This document shows positions 5,785 through 13,695 of a DNA stretch of 32,000 bases, piece after piece; within the stretch, counting starts at the first letter, position 1, and each line of letters opens with the position of its first letter. Under the pieces are notes generated by a model. The model was not told the DNA's origin and searched no databases. It worked only from the letters and a program-made list of their open reading frames with translations. This DNA comes from an archaeon (GTDB lineage: Archaea; Iainarchaeota; Iainarchaeia; Iainarchaeales; CSSED10-239), in assembly GCA_035400625.1 (NCBI GenBank), contig DAOMZT010000002.1, forward strand, positions 60,001 through 92,000, read 5' to 3'. The translations under genes were made by a program, and so were the position numbers.

Positions 5785-8391
5785 CTATCCACTACCATAA
5801 TCTTCTATTTCTTCAGGACTCTCCTGATTTTCTTCATCAAATTCTCCTGGCAAATAAGGATTTTCATAAAGTGATTCATCTATTCCTGTTGTTCTAAGAT
5901 CAATTAACTGTAACAATTTTTTTGGGCTCATAATGACATATGTTGGCGGGTATTGATTTCTTAAAGAATAAATATCTCTGATGTTTTTAATATTTGTGGT
6001 CTTAGGGACATAAATCCTTTTTATTTTTTTTCTTAATTTATCATTTAATAAAGAAATAGATTGACCATTTGAAATACTCTCGGCAACTAAAGGCACGCCA
6101 ATTACGCTTTTGCCAATAGTTATCACAACATGAGTATATTCTCTATTTCTAGTATTATAACGACTACCGGAATTATAAATGCCAATTATCGCTCCATCAA
6201 TATAAAGCAAAGGATCATTATAAACACTAGATGTTTGTAATTTTTTTGTTTCATAACAACAGTCGCGTTTTGTTGGAACTGAAGAGCATTTATTTTTATT
6301 ATCACAAATGCCTGATGCTTCCCAAATTAAAGTATAATTATTTATTGCTTCAGCCACTGTGTCATACCCCCAAGCATTCGCACCCGAATTAGGATAATTT
6401 TGGAACCCATTTAGATATGCTTTTTGTCCAAAATCCTTGACATAACGAGCACAATAGTTTGGTGTGCCTTTTATAGCATACAAATCATTAAAATTATAAT
6501 GCTTTAAATCTTTTTTTAGCATTAATTTTATGTTTTTATTTTCCAGAGTTTTAAGATAGATATTCTTTTTAGTGTCCCAGTATTTGTGATCTAGTTTCTC
6601 GTAGGCACTTAATTTAGAAGGTGAAAGACCCGTACTTAAATTATATTTTAAAAAATATTGTGGGTCTCTAAAATATTTCCTCTTTATTGCTAGATAATTA
6701 ATTAATACCCTTACCTCTTTTGTGCTCTTTATATAATTACCTTCTTTTTGGAAAAAAGATGTCGAAGCAAATATTTTTGAATGGTTTCCCACACTATATA
6801 TTTTCTCTTTATATTCATTGTTATTATTAGATAAACTTGCTAAAACATAAATAGAATTAATATTTACTGGGCTTTCAATAATAAAGTCTTCAAAAACAAA
6901 TGGTTTTGTAGATTTTTCACGACTGTTTTTTATAAGATAATTAAGTTCTTTAATATAATCTGATGCAAATAAAACAGTAGAACTAAAATCATCTTTGTTC
7001 TTCTTTATAGCATTAATTAAGAACCCAAAGTAGCCATTGTCGTTATTGATTATGCCATTATATCCTAAATTATAAAATTTGTTTTTGTTGCCATTATATA
7101 CATTATTAAGCAAATGTGTGTTGATTTCTTTAAAATCACCTAATGCAAGATACTGGAATTGCTCTTCTTCTGCTAGCTGTAATGGCAAAGTGTTTGAAAT
7201 TGTGGTTGTCTGCTTTGAAGTTACTTGCTCAATATTTATTAAGTTACCAGAATCTCTGCCACTCAAATCTATTTGAGCAAAACCATATAATTTCGGATTT
7301 AGATTATTATTACAATTTGAAAGCTCGGAGATTAGCGACCATAGTTGAAAAGCCTGCTCTAAAGAGAGGTCATAAGCTTTGGCTACGCGGAAGATTGTGT
7401 CGGTATATTCGTCATTGTCTTTGCGAAAACAAAAATGTTCGCGGGTTAAGGACAAATCAACCAATAATTCTTTAGTGTTTATGTCCTCAAAGGACTGATC
7501 TTGAAAATCTGATACTACATTGAAATTATTTAGCAAATCCCTAATTTTATTGTCTCTTGCAATAATTTCTGGAGTAGTATATTCTCCTACATTAAATTGC
7601 AAAACATCTCTTGTTGTTATATAACAAGAATTTAAGTTTGGATTTGTTTTACATTCAGGATCTGGCAGAGAATATTTAGATGTTATTTTTATTGGTTCTT
7701 TTTTAAATAAAATATTTCCTGTTATTGGCTTAACAGGATTTATAAACTCAGGAGTGAATTTTATCTTAAAATTTAGATTCTGTGATAATGTCTCTGTATT
7801 CCCAATAAACTTACAATTTATTTCTAATATCAAAGGATATTCTACCAAAATTTTATTATTTACTAAAATATCAAAAACACCATCTGGATTAGAAACACCT
7901 TTAGAATGCATAAAGTCAATTATCTTTTCTTTAGTGATTGGTAATAATATCTTGTCAAGTAAAATGTCTTTATTGTTAAAATTATCACTGCTTTTAAATG
8001 GCAAAGAATTATAATATTCTCTTAGTTTATTTATAGTATCCTTTTGAGAATTAAGAATGCTTTTTTTTAAAAAATAGACCTTTTTAAATTCTGCAGAAAC
8101 AGCCAAAGACTCTGTATTTGGATTTATAACTTCAGGGGTTAATTCAGCAATATCACCAACAACAACATCTCTATACCTTATATTCTTTGTTATCATTTTT
8201 CCTTGGTCATTAATTGTGTATACAAAATAAACGGATTTAGGAACTTCGCTTTTTTTATAATACCTATTTAATATATCTCTAAATTCAGATTCGCTATAAA
8301 TATCAGTAAATTGAATAGGGCTAGCAAATGTTTGATCTATAATTAATAACACAAACAATAAAAACAAAAAATATTGATATTTATGCTTCAT
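5785..8391 (-). CDS. Secreted 868-aa paralog: SLT-like motif plus a CHAP-like papain-fold module with an intact Cys/His pair, and no NlpC/P60 domain
   Basis: Signal peptide YFLFLLFVLLIIDQTFASP. It is collinear with the 1072-aa protein over most of its length. NYCARYVKDF carries Cys647 (codon 6451..6453) and EYTHVVITIG carries His754 (codon 6130..6132). The C-terminal tail is acidic. Its start overlaps the upstream gene by 4 bp (8388..8391). Confidence 0.7.
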   Translation of the reverse strand: MKHKYQYFLFLLFVLLIIDQTFASPIQFTDIYSESEFRDILNRYYKKSEVPKSVYFVYTINDQGKMITKNIRYRDVVVGDIAELTPEVINPNTESLAVSAEFKKVYFLKKSILNSQKDTINKLREYYNSLPFKSSDNFNNKDILLDKILLPITKEKIIDFMHSKGVSNPDGVFDILVNNKILVEYPLILEINCKFIGNTETLSQNLNFKIKFTPEFINPVKPITGNILFKKEPIKITSKYSLPDPECKTNPNLNSCYITTRDVLQFNVGEYTTPEIIARDNKIRDLLNNFNVVSDFQDQSFEDINTKELLVDLSLTREHFCFRKDNDEYTDTIFRVAKAYDLSLEQAFQLWSLISELSNCNNNLNPKLYGFAQIDLSGRDSGNLINIEQVTSKQTTTISNTLPLQLAEEEQFQYLALGDFKEINTHLLNNVYNGNKNKFYNLGYNGIINNDNGYFGFLINAIKKNKDDFSSTVLFASDYIKELNYLIKNSREKSTKPFVFEDFIIESPVNINSIYVLASLSNNNNEYKEKIYSVGNHSKIFASTSFFQKEGNYIKSTKEVRVLINYLAIKRKYFRDPQYFLKYNLSTGLSPSKLSAYEKLDHKYWDTKKNIYLKTLENKNIKLMLKKDLKHYNFNDLYAIKGTPNYCARYVKDFGQKAYLNGFQNYPNSGANAWGYDTVAEAINNYTLIWEASGICDNKNKCSSVPTKRDCCYETKKLQTSSVYNDPLLYIDGAIIGIYNSGSRYNTRNREYTHVVITIGKSVIGVPLVAESISNGQSISLLNDKLRKKIKRIYVPKTTNIKNIRDIYSLRNQYPPTYVIMSPKKLLQLIDLRTTGIDESLYENPYLPGEFDEENQESPEEIEDYGSG
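7001..7530. repeat. Copy 2 of the 530-bp dispersed direct repeat (partner at 4369..4898)
   Basis: Same comparison as for copy 1. Both copies lie in frame inside the tandem paralogous CDSs and encode the same roughly 176 residues. Confidence 0.95.
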
Positions 8392-9323
8392 CTTTTTTTC
8401 CTGCTTGTCCGTCTATTTTTTTTTGGTTTATTAAAGATTATCATTAGTATAATTAAAACAATTATAATAATTAACATAATTAAAAAAGCATTAATCTTCT
8501 GTGGTTTTTCAGAATCTTCAATTATCGGAACAGAAGAAGGTCGCTCATCTACAGGTGGTTGTTCCTCTATTATTTCACTATCTTCTTCTTGATTTGCATT
8601 TATTTCTTCTTGTCTATTTATTTCTATCAATTGGTTCATTATTCTTCTGTTTTCTTCTTCTGTTATTTCAGATAAAGCAAAATCTATTCTTTGAGTATAT
8701 CTTTTCTCTTTAACTTTATCTAATATTTCTATGGTTAATTTATATCTTTCATACCCAGCGATTGTCGTGTTTAGAATCTTATATGGAAATGTGATGTTGT
8801 TATCTGTTAGAAGCACTATGTTGTCGCTTGTTTTGTCTGTTTCAGTAGTTATATTATATGTAAATTTATCATAGTTTATTTTATCAGAAAAAACAAAAAT
8901 TTCTTCATCAAACCAAAAATCATAATTATCAGGTATAGAATTTTTACAATCTTCTGTATTACATAAATAAAAATCTCCAATATCTGTGTTTTCTGTTATA
9001 TCTATCTGAAATTCTTTTTCTTCTATTAGGCTATCATTAGCACCCATAAACTTATAATTTATTTTTAAATTAGAGGAGATTTGGTTATCAAGATATACAG
9101 GAATTTCAGTTATTTCTTCTATTGTGTAATTATTATCTAAAAGGGTTTCAAAATCTGTATTTATTCTTATATTTATATATTCTATGTTAGGATTACTAAT
9201 ATCAGAAATACCAATATCTATTACTTCCCCATAATAAAACTCATTGTTATAATCTGTATTATAAGCATAGATATTAGAGGCTAAAAATACAAATATACCA
9301 AATAAAAACCACTTATTTTTCAT
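8388..9323 (-). CDS. Surface protein with an N-terminal signal peptide, a C-terminal transmembrane anchor and a basic tail, function unknown
   Basis: The ORF top codon at 9350 is TTG. ATG at 9323 gives MKNKWFLFGIFVFLASNIYA, a signal peptide, and lies about 30-40 nt downstream of a TTTATAAAT box. An acidic, Pro-containing stalk (EEDSEIIEEQPPVDERPSSVPIIEDSEKP) is followed by AFLIMLIIIIVLIILMIIF and then KPKKNRRTSRKKR. Confidence 0.6.
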   Translation of the reverse strand: MKNKWFLFGIFVFLASNIYAYNTDYNNEFYYGEVIDIGISDISNPNIEYINIRINTDFETLLDNNYTIEEITEIPVYLDNQISSNLKINYKFMGANDSLIEEKEFQIDITENTDIGDFYLCNTEDCKNSIPDNYDFWFDEEIFVFSDKINYDKFTYNITTETDKTSDNIVLLTDNNITFPYKILNTTIAGYERYKLTIEILDKVKEKRYTQRIDFALSEITEEENRRIMNQLIEINRQEEINANQEEDSEIIEEQPPVDERPSSVPIIEDSEKPQKINAFLIMLIIIIVLIILMIIFNKPKKNRRTSRKKR

Positions 9324-9352
9324 TTTATCACTGAAATTATTAAAGAACAAAA

Positions 9353-9363
9353 TATTTATAAAT
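9353..9363 (-). promoter_or_regulatory. Archaeal TATA-like box (ATTTATAAAT) upstream of the 8388..9323 gene
   Basis: A near-palindromic TTTATAAAT lies in the 39-nt spacer between the short pilin gene and the anchor-protein gene, about 30-40 nt from the ATG at 9323. The same motif recurs upstream of other genes (1619..1628, 2395..2404, 12505..12513, 16038..16050, 29619..29627). Confidence 0.35.
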
Positions 9364-9842
9364 TATACAATTTCGCAATCTAAAGTAAATACCTTCTTTG
9401 GGCATGTTCCGTTTGTTAAAATTATGTCTGTTATTGTAGCAACATCTATACTTTGATGTTCTACTTCTCCTTTGACATATGTGAAATCTGTAGCTGTTGA
9501 AAGACTTGTTATTTCCCCCGAATCTATGACTTTTTCAAAGGCACCTGAAATAATAGTTTCATTTGCATGTATTGTTAAAACAAGATTAAATATCTTCAGA
9601 TTAGAGTTATTTACAAAAACAAAATTTATTGTTTTTGTATCTGAATCAATATTACAAGAAGTAATTTTAAAGTTAGCATTAATACAAGAAAGATCGCTTG
9701 CTTGCTTTAGTTGGCCAGAAGTAACATCCATTTGCTCTTTAGAATAGTTTTTGCTCCAAGCAAAGAAGATAACAGATAAAATGACCACAACTACAATTAT
9801 TAAAGATGTTACTAATATTGCAGATGCTCCTTTTTGATTCAT
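9363..9842 (-). CDS. Archaeal type IV pilin-like protein (class III signal peptide)
   Basis: The N-terminus MNQKG|ASAILVTSLIIVVVVILSVIFFAW fits the archaeal prepilin pattern of a short basic leader, Gly at -1 and a roughly 20-aa hydrophobic helix. The whole protein aligns with the first ~160 aa of the neighbouring 449-aa protein (shared NNSNLK(I/L)FNL and ILTNGTCPK). Confidence 0.7.
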   Translation of the reverse strand: MNQKGASAILVTSLIIVVVVILSVIFFAWSKNYSKEQMDVTSGQLKQASDLSCINANFKITSCNIDSDTKTINFVFVNNSNLKIFNLVLTIHANETIISGAFEKVIDSGEITSLSTATDFTYVKGEVEHQSIDVATITDIILTNGTCPKKVFTLDCEIV

Positions 9843-9853
9843 TTATTTCTCCA

Positions 9854-11203
9854 TTATTGTTTTGAAATTACTGAAATGTTGTTTGCAGGAATTGTAGCAA
9901 GAACATTACCTTTTCCACCAACTATATCAAAGTGAGAAATATTTGATTTTGAATAATATGTTAAAAATAATTCAGTATCAAATTGTATTGTAGATAATGC
10001 TTTACTATCTAACACATAAGGACTTGGTGCGGCATTGCTCATTTCTGAAGCAGTTGTACTTGGATCTGTTTGTATAAAATATTTTTCATTATTATCATAA
10101 ACTAAAAATTTCATGCCTTCTTCTGTAGTGATATCAGAATTTAAAGTAATTGTAAGTTCTCCACTGATCCTATTATAATCTACAGAATTTCTACTTTCAC
10201 TGCTATCATTTATAGTATACTCAAAAGAAGAAATTGTGCTATCTCCATAACCTGATTTTACACACCTTGCTATCACCCTTTGGGTATTTTCACTTGGAGA
10301 TAATTTTATTGGTCCAGTATAAGGAGTATTAGGAAGGGGTGGCGTTGCTGAGGGACCTTGTGTAACAATATAATAAATATTTGCATCTTCACTAGAGCCT
10401 AATGTAATTTCTGTTGCGCCAGAATATGTTCCTGCTGGTGGTGTTGCAGTTGGAGGATTTAATTTATGTGTAACATTATAGACCCAGGTGTTTACATCGC
10501 TTGCTAAAAAACCCTCTGCACTAGCTATGGCTTTAAGGGTCATTGTTCTGTCTTCTGGAATTGTTATAGCACTAGAATAAACAGAGCTTGCTGTTGTTGG
10601 TGTAGACCCATCTATTGTATAGTAGATTGTTGTGCCATTTTCAGCAGAGAGAGTAACAGATTGTTCAACATAATATGTTCCAGAAGCAACACTTGCAGTT
10701 GGTGGCCAAAATGTATTAACTACAGTACATCCACTAATATCCAAAATCTCTTTTGGGCAGGTGCCATTTGTTAAAGTAATGTTATCTATTGTGTCTATAT
10801 CTATTGCATGAAGTGTGCTTTGGTCTCCTCTTGTAAAATTGAAATCTGTGTCTGTTGATAGAAAAGCCATTTCTCCTGGATTAATATTGTCTTGAAAAAC
10901 ACCTGCTACACTAGTGTCTCCATTTATTGAAAGATTTAGATTAAATAATTTTAAATTAGAATTATTAATTATTGTTAATCTTATAGTTTTTGTTGTATTT
11001 AAGATAGTACAAGAATCAACAAAAAACTCTGCATTCAAACATTCTAAATCACTCGCAGATCTTAATTCTGCACTAATCTCATCCATTTTATTTTTGGAAG
11101 AGTTTTTTGCCCAAGCCAAAAACATTCCTGTCAGAATTACAGTTATAGCTATGATTATGGTAATTGTTATAATTTCAGAAACGCCTTTTCTTGTAAATTT
11201 CAT
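9854..11203 (-). CDS. Archaeal pilin-like protein extended by two chitobiase/hexosaminidase C-terminal-type (CHB_HEX_C-like) domains and a further C-terminal domain; putative adhesive pilin
   Basis: MKFTRKG|VSEIITITIIIAITVILTGMFLAWAKN closely resembles the canonical archaeal KGVSPVIATVLLIAITV pilin N-terminus. Residues ~167-242 (SGTYYVEQSVTLSAENGTTIYYTIDGSTPTTASSVYSSAITI...) match the CHB_HEX_C signature as I remember it. A second, weaker copy covers residues ~249-331 (AGTYSGATEITLGSSEDANIYYIV...PYTGPIKL). Confidence 0.7.
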   Translation of the reverse strand: MKFTRKGVSEIITITIIIAITVILTGMFLAWAKNSSKNKMDEISAELRSASDLECLNAEFFVDSCTILNTTKTIRLTIINNSNLKLFNLNLSINGDTSVAGVFQDNINPGEMAFLSTDTDFNFTRGDQSTLHAIDIDTIDNITLTNGTCPKEILDISGCTVVNTFWPPTASVASGTYYVEQSVTLSAENGTTIYYTIDGSTPTTASSVYSSAITIPEDRTMTLKAIASAEGFLASDVNTWVYNVTHKLNPPTATPPAGTYSGATEITLGSSEDANIYYIVTQGPSATPPLPNTPYTGPIKLSPSENTQRVIARCVKSGYGDSTISSFEYTINDSSESRNSVDYNRISGELTITLNSDITTEEGMKFLVYDNNEKYFIQTDPSTTASEMSNAAPSPYVLDSKALSTIQFDTELFLTYYSKSNISHFDIVGGKGNVLATIPANNISVISKQ

Positions 11204-11207
11204 ATTA

Positions 11208-12446
11208 TTACCTAATTTGATCTCTTTCTTTAAGCTCTCTCTTTAATATACCTTTTACAACTATATACAGATAAATTGTAGTTGTAAGATTTGTAATAAG
11301 TATTACTAAAAAAACAATAGACACAATCTTATTTGATAAAACAGGATCTAGCCCCATAGTTAAAAGACTTGTTGCCAAAACTGCTGCTGCAAGTCCTCTA
11401 GCATGAAGCGAACAAATAATCTTTTGATCATCTTTACTTAGTTGCCTAGAAAATAATAATTTAGTTGTTAAAAATCTTACTAAAAGCAAAACCAAAATAA
11501 TGACTAGAGCAATTAATGTGGTTTCTAAGGTAATTATAGATAAATCAATAATCACACCCATGTACACAAAGAAAAAAGTCTTAATAAGCAAAGAAATTTC
11601 AGTTTGAAAATGTGCCATTGTTTTGTTTATGCTGTAGTCTTTCATATTAAATGCCTTTAATATTGTTGAAGAATTACCCAACACCAAACCAAACACCAAG
11701 GCACAGAAAGAACCATTGCCATTTAGATATTCTGTTGCAACATACAATATAAATAAAAAGGCCAAAGTCAAAAGATAATCAAATTGCTTTGCCTCTGTGT
11801 AATCTCTTAATACCTTTATCCAAATAAACCCACCGACTACCCCGATTACTGTAGCAATAGCAAATGCGGAAAATATCCCTTGTGCAATTTGGGTAGTACT
11901 AATTGTTTGGGTAATAATTAAGCCAGCAATAGTCATGGTAGCAACAACACAAAAAACATCAGTCACTGCAGATTCTAATGTTAATATGATTTGGGTCTTT
12001 GATGTTGCTGTTGATTTGCTTGCAAGTGGAATAACAATTGCAGAACTTGTGCCACCTATTATTGCACCAGTTAAAAAACCATAAAGCCAACTAAACCCAA
12101 AGATATAATGTAAAAGAACACCACTAATTCCTGCTGTTAACAAGAATACAATTAAAGTAAATAAAAACGAATTTTTAATCTCGTTTATTACGCTATTAAA
12201 ATTTAACCATAAACCGCCATCAAATAATAAAATAATCAAAGCAACTGCTGAAAAAATAGGAGTAAAAGATTTCAATAATTCGATAATATTACTTGGTATC
12301 AAATGAAATACAGGCCCAAGAAGCATACCTACTATAATTAATATTAAAATATCAGAAATCTTTGTTTTCTTAAAAAAGATATTTCCAAAAAAGCCAAGAA
12401 GAAATATTCCTGAAATTAATAATAAAAAAAGCAAAGGATTGACCAT
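11208..12446 (-). CDS. Cation:proton antiporter (CPA / Na+-H+ exchanger family), membrane domain only
   Basis: 412 aa with about 11-13 hydrophobic helices. It has a typical CPA N-terminus (LLISGIFLLGFFGNIFFKKTKISDILILIIVGMLLGP). No soluble RCK/TrkA-type C-terminal domain is visible. A GGTGG Shine-Dalgarno-like motif precedes the ATG at 12446. Confidence 0.7.
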   Translation of the reverse strand: MVNPLLFLLLISGIFLLGFFGNIFFKKTKISDILILIIVGMLLGPVFHLIPSNIIELLKSFTPIFSAVALIILLFDGGLWLNFNSVINEIKNSFLFTLIVFLLTAGISGVLLHYIFGFSWLYGFLTGAIIGGTSSAIVIPLASKSTATSKTQIILTLESAVTDVFCVVATMTIAGLIITQTISTTQIAQGIFSAFAIATVIGVVGGFIWIKVLRDYTEAKQFDYLLTLAFLFILYVATEYLNGNGSFCALVFGLVLGNSSTILKAFNMKDYSINKTMAHFQTEISLLIKTFFFVYMGVIIDLSIITLETTLIALVIILVLLLVRFLTTKLLFSRQLSKDDQKIICSLHARGLAAAVLATSLLTMGLDPVLSNKIVSIVFLVILITNLTTTIYLYIVVKGILKRELKERDQIR

Positions 12447-12504
12447 TATTCCACCGAAATATATTAATTTTTAAATTTTTATAAGATATATATTAGTAAA
12501 ATAT

Positions 12505-12513
12505 TTTATAAAC
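12505..12513 (+). promoter_or_regulatory. TATA-like box (TTTATAAAC) upstream of the DAC gene
   Basis: It lies in the 111-bp divergent spacer between the antiporter and DAC genes. A purine-rich GAGGTTGGGAG lies between it and the ATG at 12558. Confidence 0.3.
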
Positions 12514-12557
12514 TTAACTAAAAATATATAATATAGAGGTTGGGAGAAAAATAAAAC

Positions 12558-13268
12558 ATGTTACGCAAAAAAAGAAACGGAAACTTTAACAAAAAGGTCA
12601 TTTCACAAGTTACTCAATTGGTTAATGAAATGGCAAACAAAAAAAAAGGCTCTTTTTTTATAATTACTAAATCAGATATATCAAATAAATATGAACGACT
12701 ATATCCAGATTTATTTTCAAAAAGAAAAATAAGTATTTTTAGAAAAGAAACACAAACTCTTTTGCTTGCTCTTCTGGAACTTGATGGTGCAATCGTTGTT
12801 GATAATTCAGGTATTATTATAGATTATGGAGTAAAGGTTAAAAAAACCAAAATCCTTTTGGGACACGGAACTAGACATTCTGCAGCAAGGGGAATTTCTA
12901 GTGTTCCAAATGTTATGTCAATAATCTCTTCAGAAGAAGATGGCAAAGTAAGAATCTTTAGAAGTGGAGAGATGGTAGCAGAGATAAATCCTAAAAGTGG
13001 GAAATCAAAAATGTTTTTTGAAAGAATAGGAGAACTATTTTCTAAACCTGAACTTCAAGTAGCTACTGCTGGAGGAGTTGCATCTATACTTTTAAAAATA
13101 AGTCCATGGATTGCAGGAATTGTGTTTACTGGCTCTTGGATAGTAACAAAATATGGGATTGTAAGTCTACAGGACTTTTTAAAAACAGGGCATCTTGTTG
13201 TTAAGAAACAAACAAAACAAATTAAAAAGAAAATAAATAAGAAAAAGAAAAAAACAAAAAAGAAATAA
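12558..13268 (+). CDS. Diadenylate cyclase (DAC/DisA_N domain) protein with a C-terminal transmembrane segment and poly-Lys tail
   Basis: DAC signature blocks are KKGSFFIITK, LELDGAIVVDNSGIII (DGA motif) and GHGTRHSAARGISSVPNVMSIISSEEDGKVRIF (the RHR/RHS motif followed by the SEE(D/T)G block). After the domain comes a hydrophobic stretch VATAGGVASILLKISPWIAGIVFTGSWIV. Confidence 0.75.
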   Translation: MLRKKRNGNFNKKVISQVTQLVNEMANKKKGSFFIITKSDISNKYERLYPDLFSKRKISIFRKETQTLLLALLELDGAIVVDNSGIIIDYGVKVKKTKILLGHGTRHSAARGISSVPNVMSIISSEEDGKVRIFRSGEMVAEINPKSGKSKMFFERIGELFSKPELQVATAGGVASILLKISPWIAGIVFTGSWIVTKYGIVSLQDFLKTGHLVVKKQTKQIKKKINKKKKKTKKK

Positions 13269-13269
13269 A

Positions 13270-13695
13270 ATGAACAATACAAAAAAATTAACCAAAGGGA
13301 TGTTTGTTTCTTTTAAAAAAGTTATTAAGAAATTGACTGTTGGCGCTGCAATTTCTTTATTGATTACTCTTTTAATTAGATTTATTGAAATTTCTTTTGG
13401 TTATGCTTGGGAAGAAGGGCTAACTTATCTTTTCTTATCTTATGGTTATCTTGTTGCAACAACTGCACAGTCTGTTTACATGGCTTTTAAAGGATATCTA
13501 AAAGAAGGGATCTTTTATATTATAGGGTGGGCATTAGGTTCTACAATATTATTTAGTTTTGGAGTGATTTCTTCAGAAACATTTTATGATTCTTTAATTA
13601 TTCCATTAGTAGTGGTAATAATTAAGATACTATATATTCTATTGGTTAAAAAAAAGAAAAAAATAAGAGACTATCAAAAAACAAAGCCCTTATAA
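13270..13695 (+). CDS. Small integral membrane protein (about 4 helices), function unknown
   Basis: The ATG lies 1 nt after the DAC stop codon, which suggests coupling. There are several hydrophobic helices. The 3' end overlaps the convergent 751-aa gene by 22 nt. Confidence 0.5.
   Translation: MNNTKKLTKGMFVSFKKVIKKLTVGAAISLLITLLIRFIEISFGYAWEEGLTYLFLSYGYLVATTAQSVYMAFKGYLKEGIFYIIGWALGSTILFSFGVISSETFYDSLIIPLVVVIIKILYILLVKKKKKIRDYQKTKPL

Noticed and set aside
4447-7475. Duplicated plus-strand ORFs (4447..4644 = 7079..7276 and 4511..4843 = 7143..7475) that could be mistaken for a repeated mobile-element gene
   Set aside because: They are antisense shadows of the identical tract shared by the two long minus-strand CDSs. 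Their products are low-complexity and have no transposase-like motifs. There are no terminal inverted repeats or target-site duplications.
4369-7530. Diversity-generating retroelement (TR/VR pair), since DGRs are common in DPANN and CPR genomes
   Set aside because: There is only one mismatch in 530 bp, not a cluster of adenine-specific substitutions. The tract is mid-gene rather than at a C-terminal lectin-fold tip. No reverse transcriptase or accessory gene is in the window.
13674-13695. The 22-nt convergent overlap between the 3' ends of genes 13270..13695 and 13674..15929 as a regulatory antisense feature
   Set aside because: Short 3'-3' overlaps are common in compact genomes, and nothing else in the sequence points to a specific mechanism.
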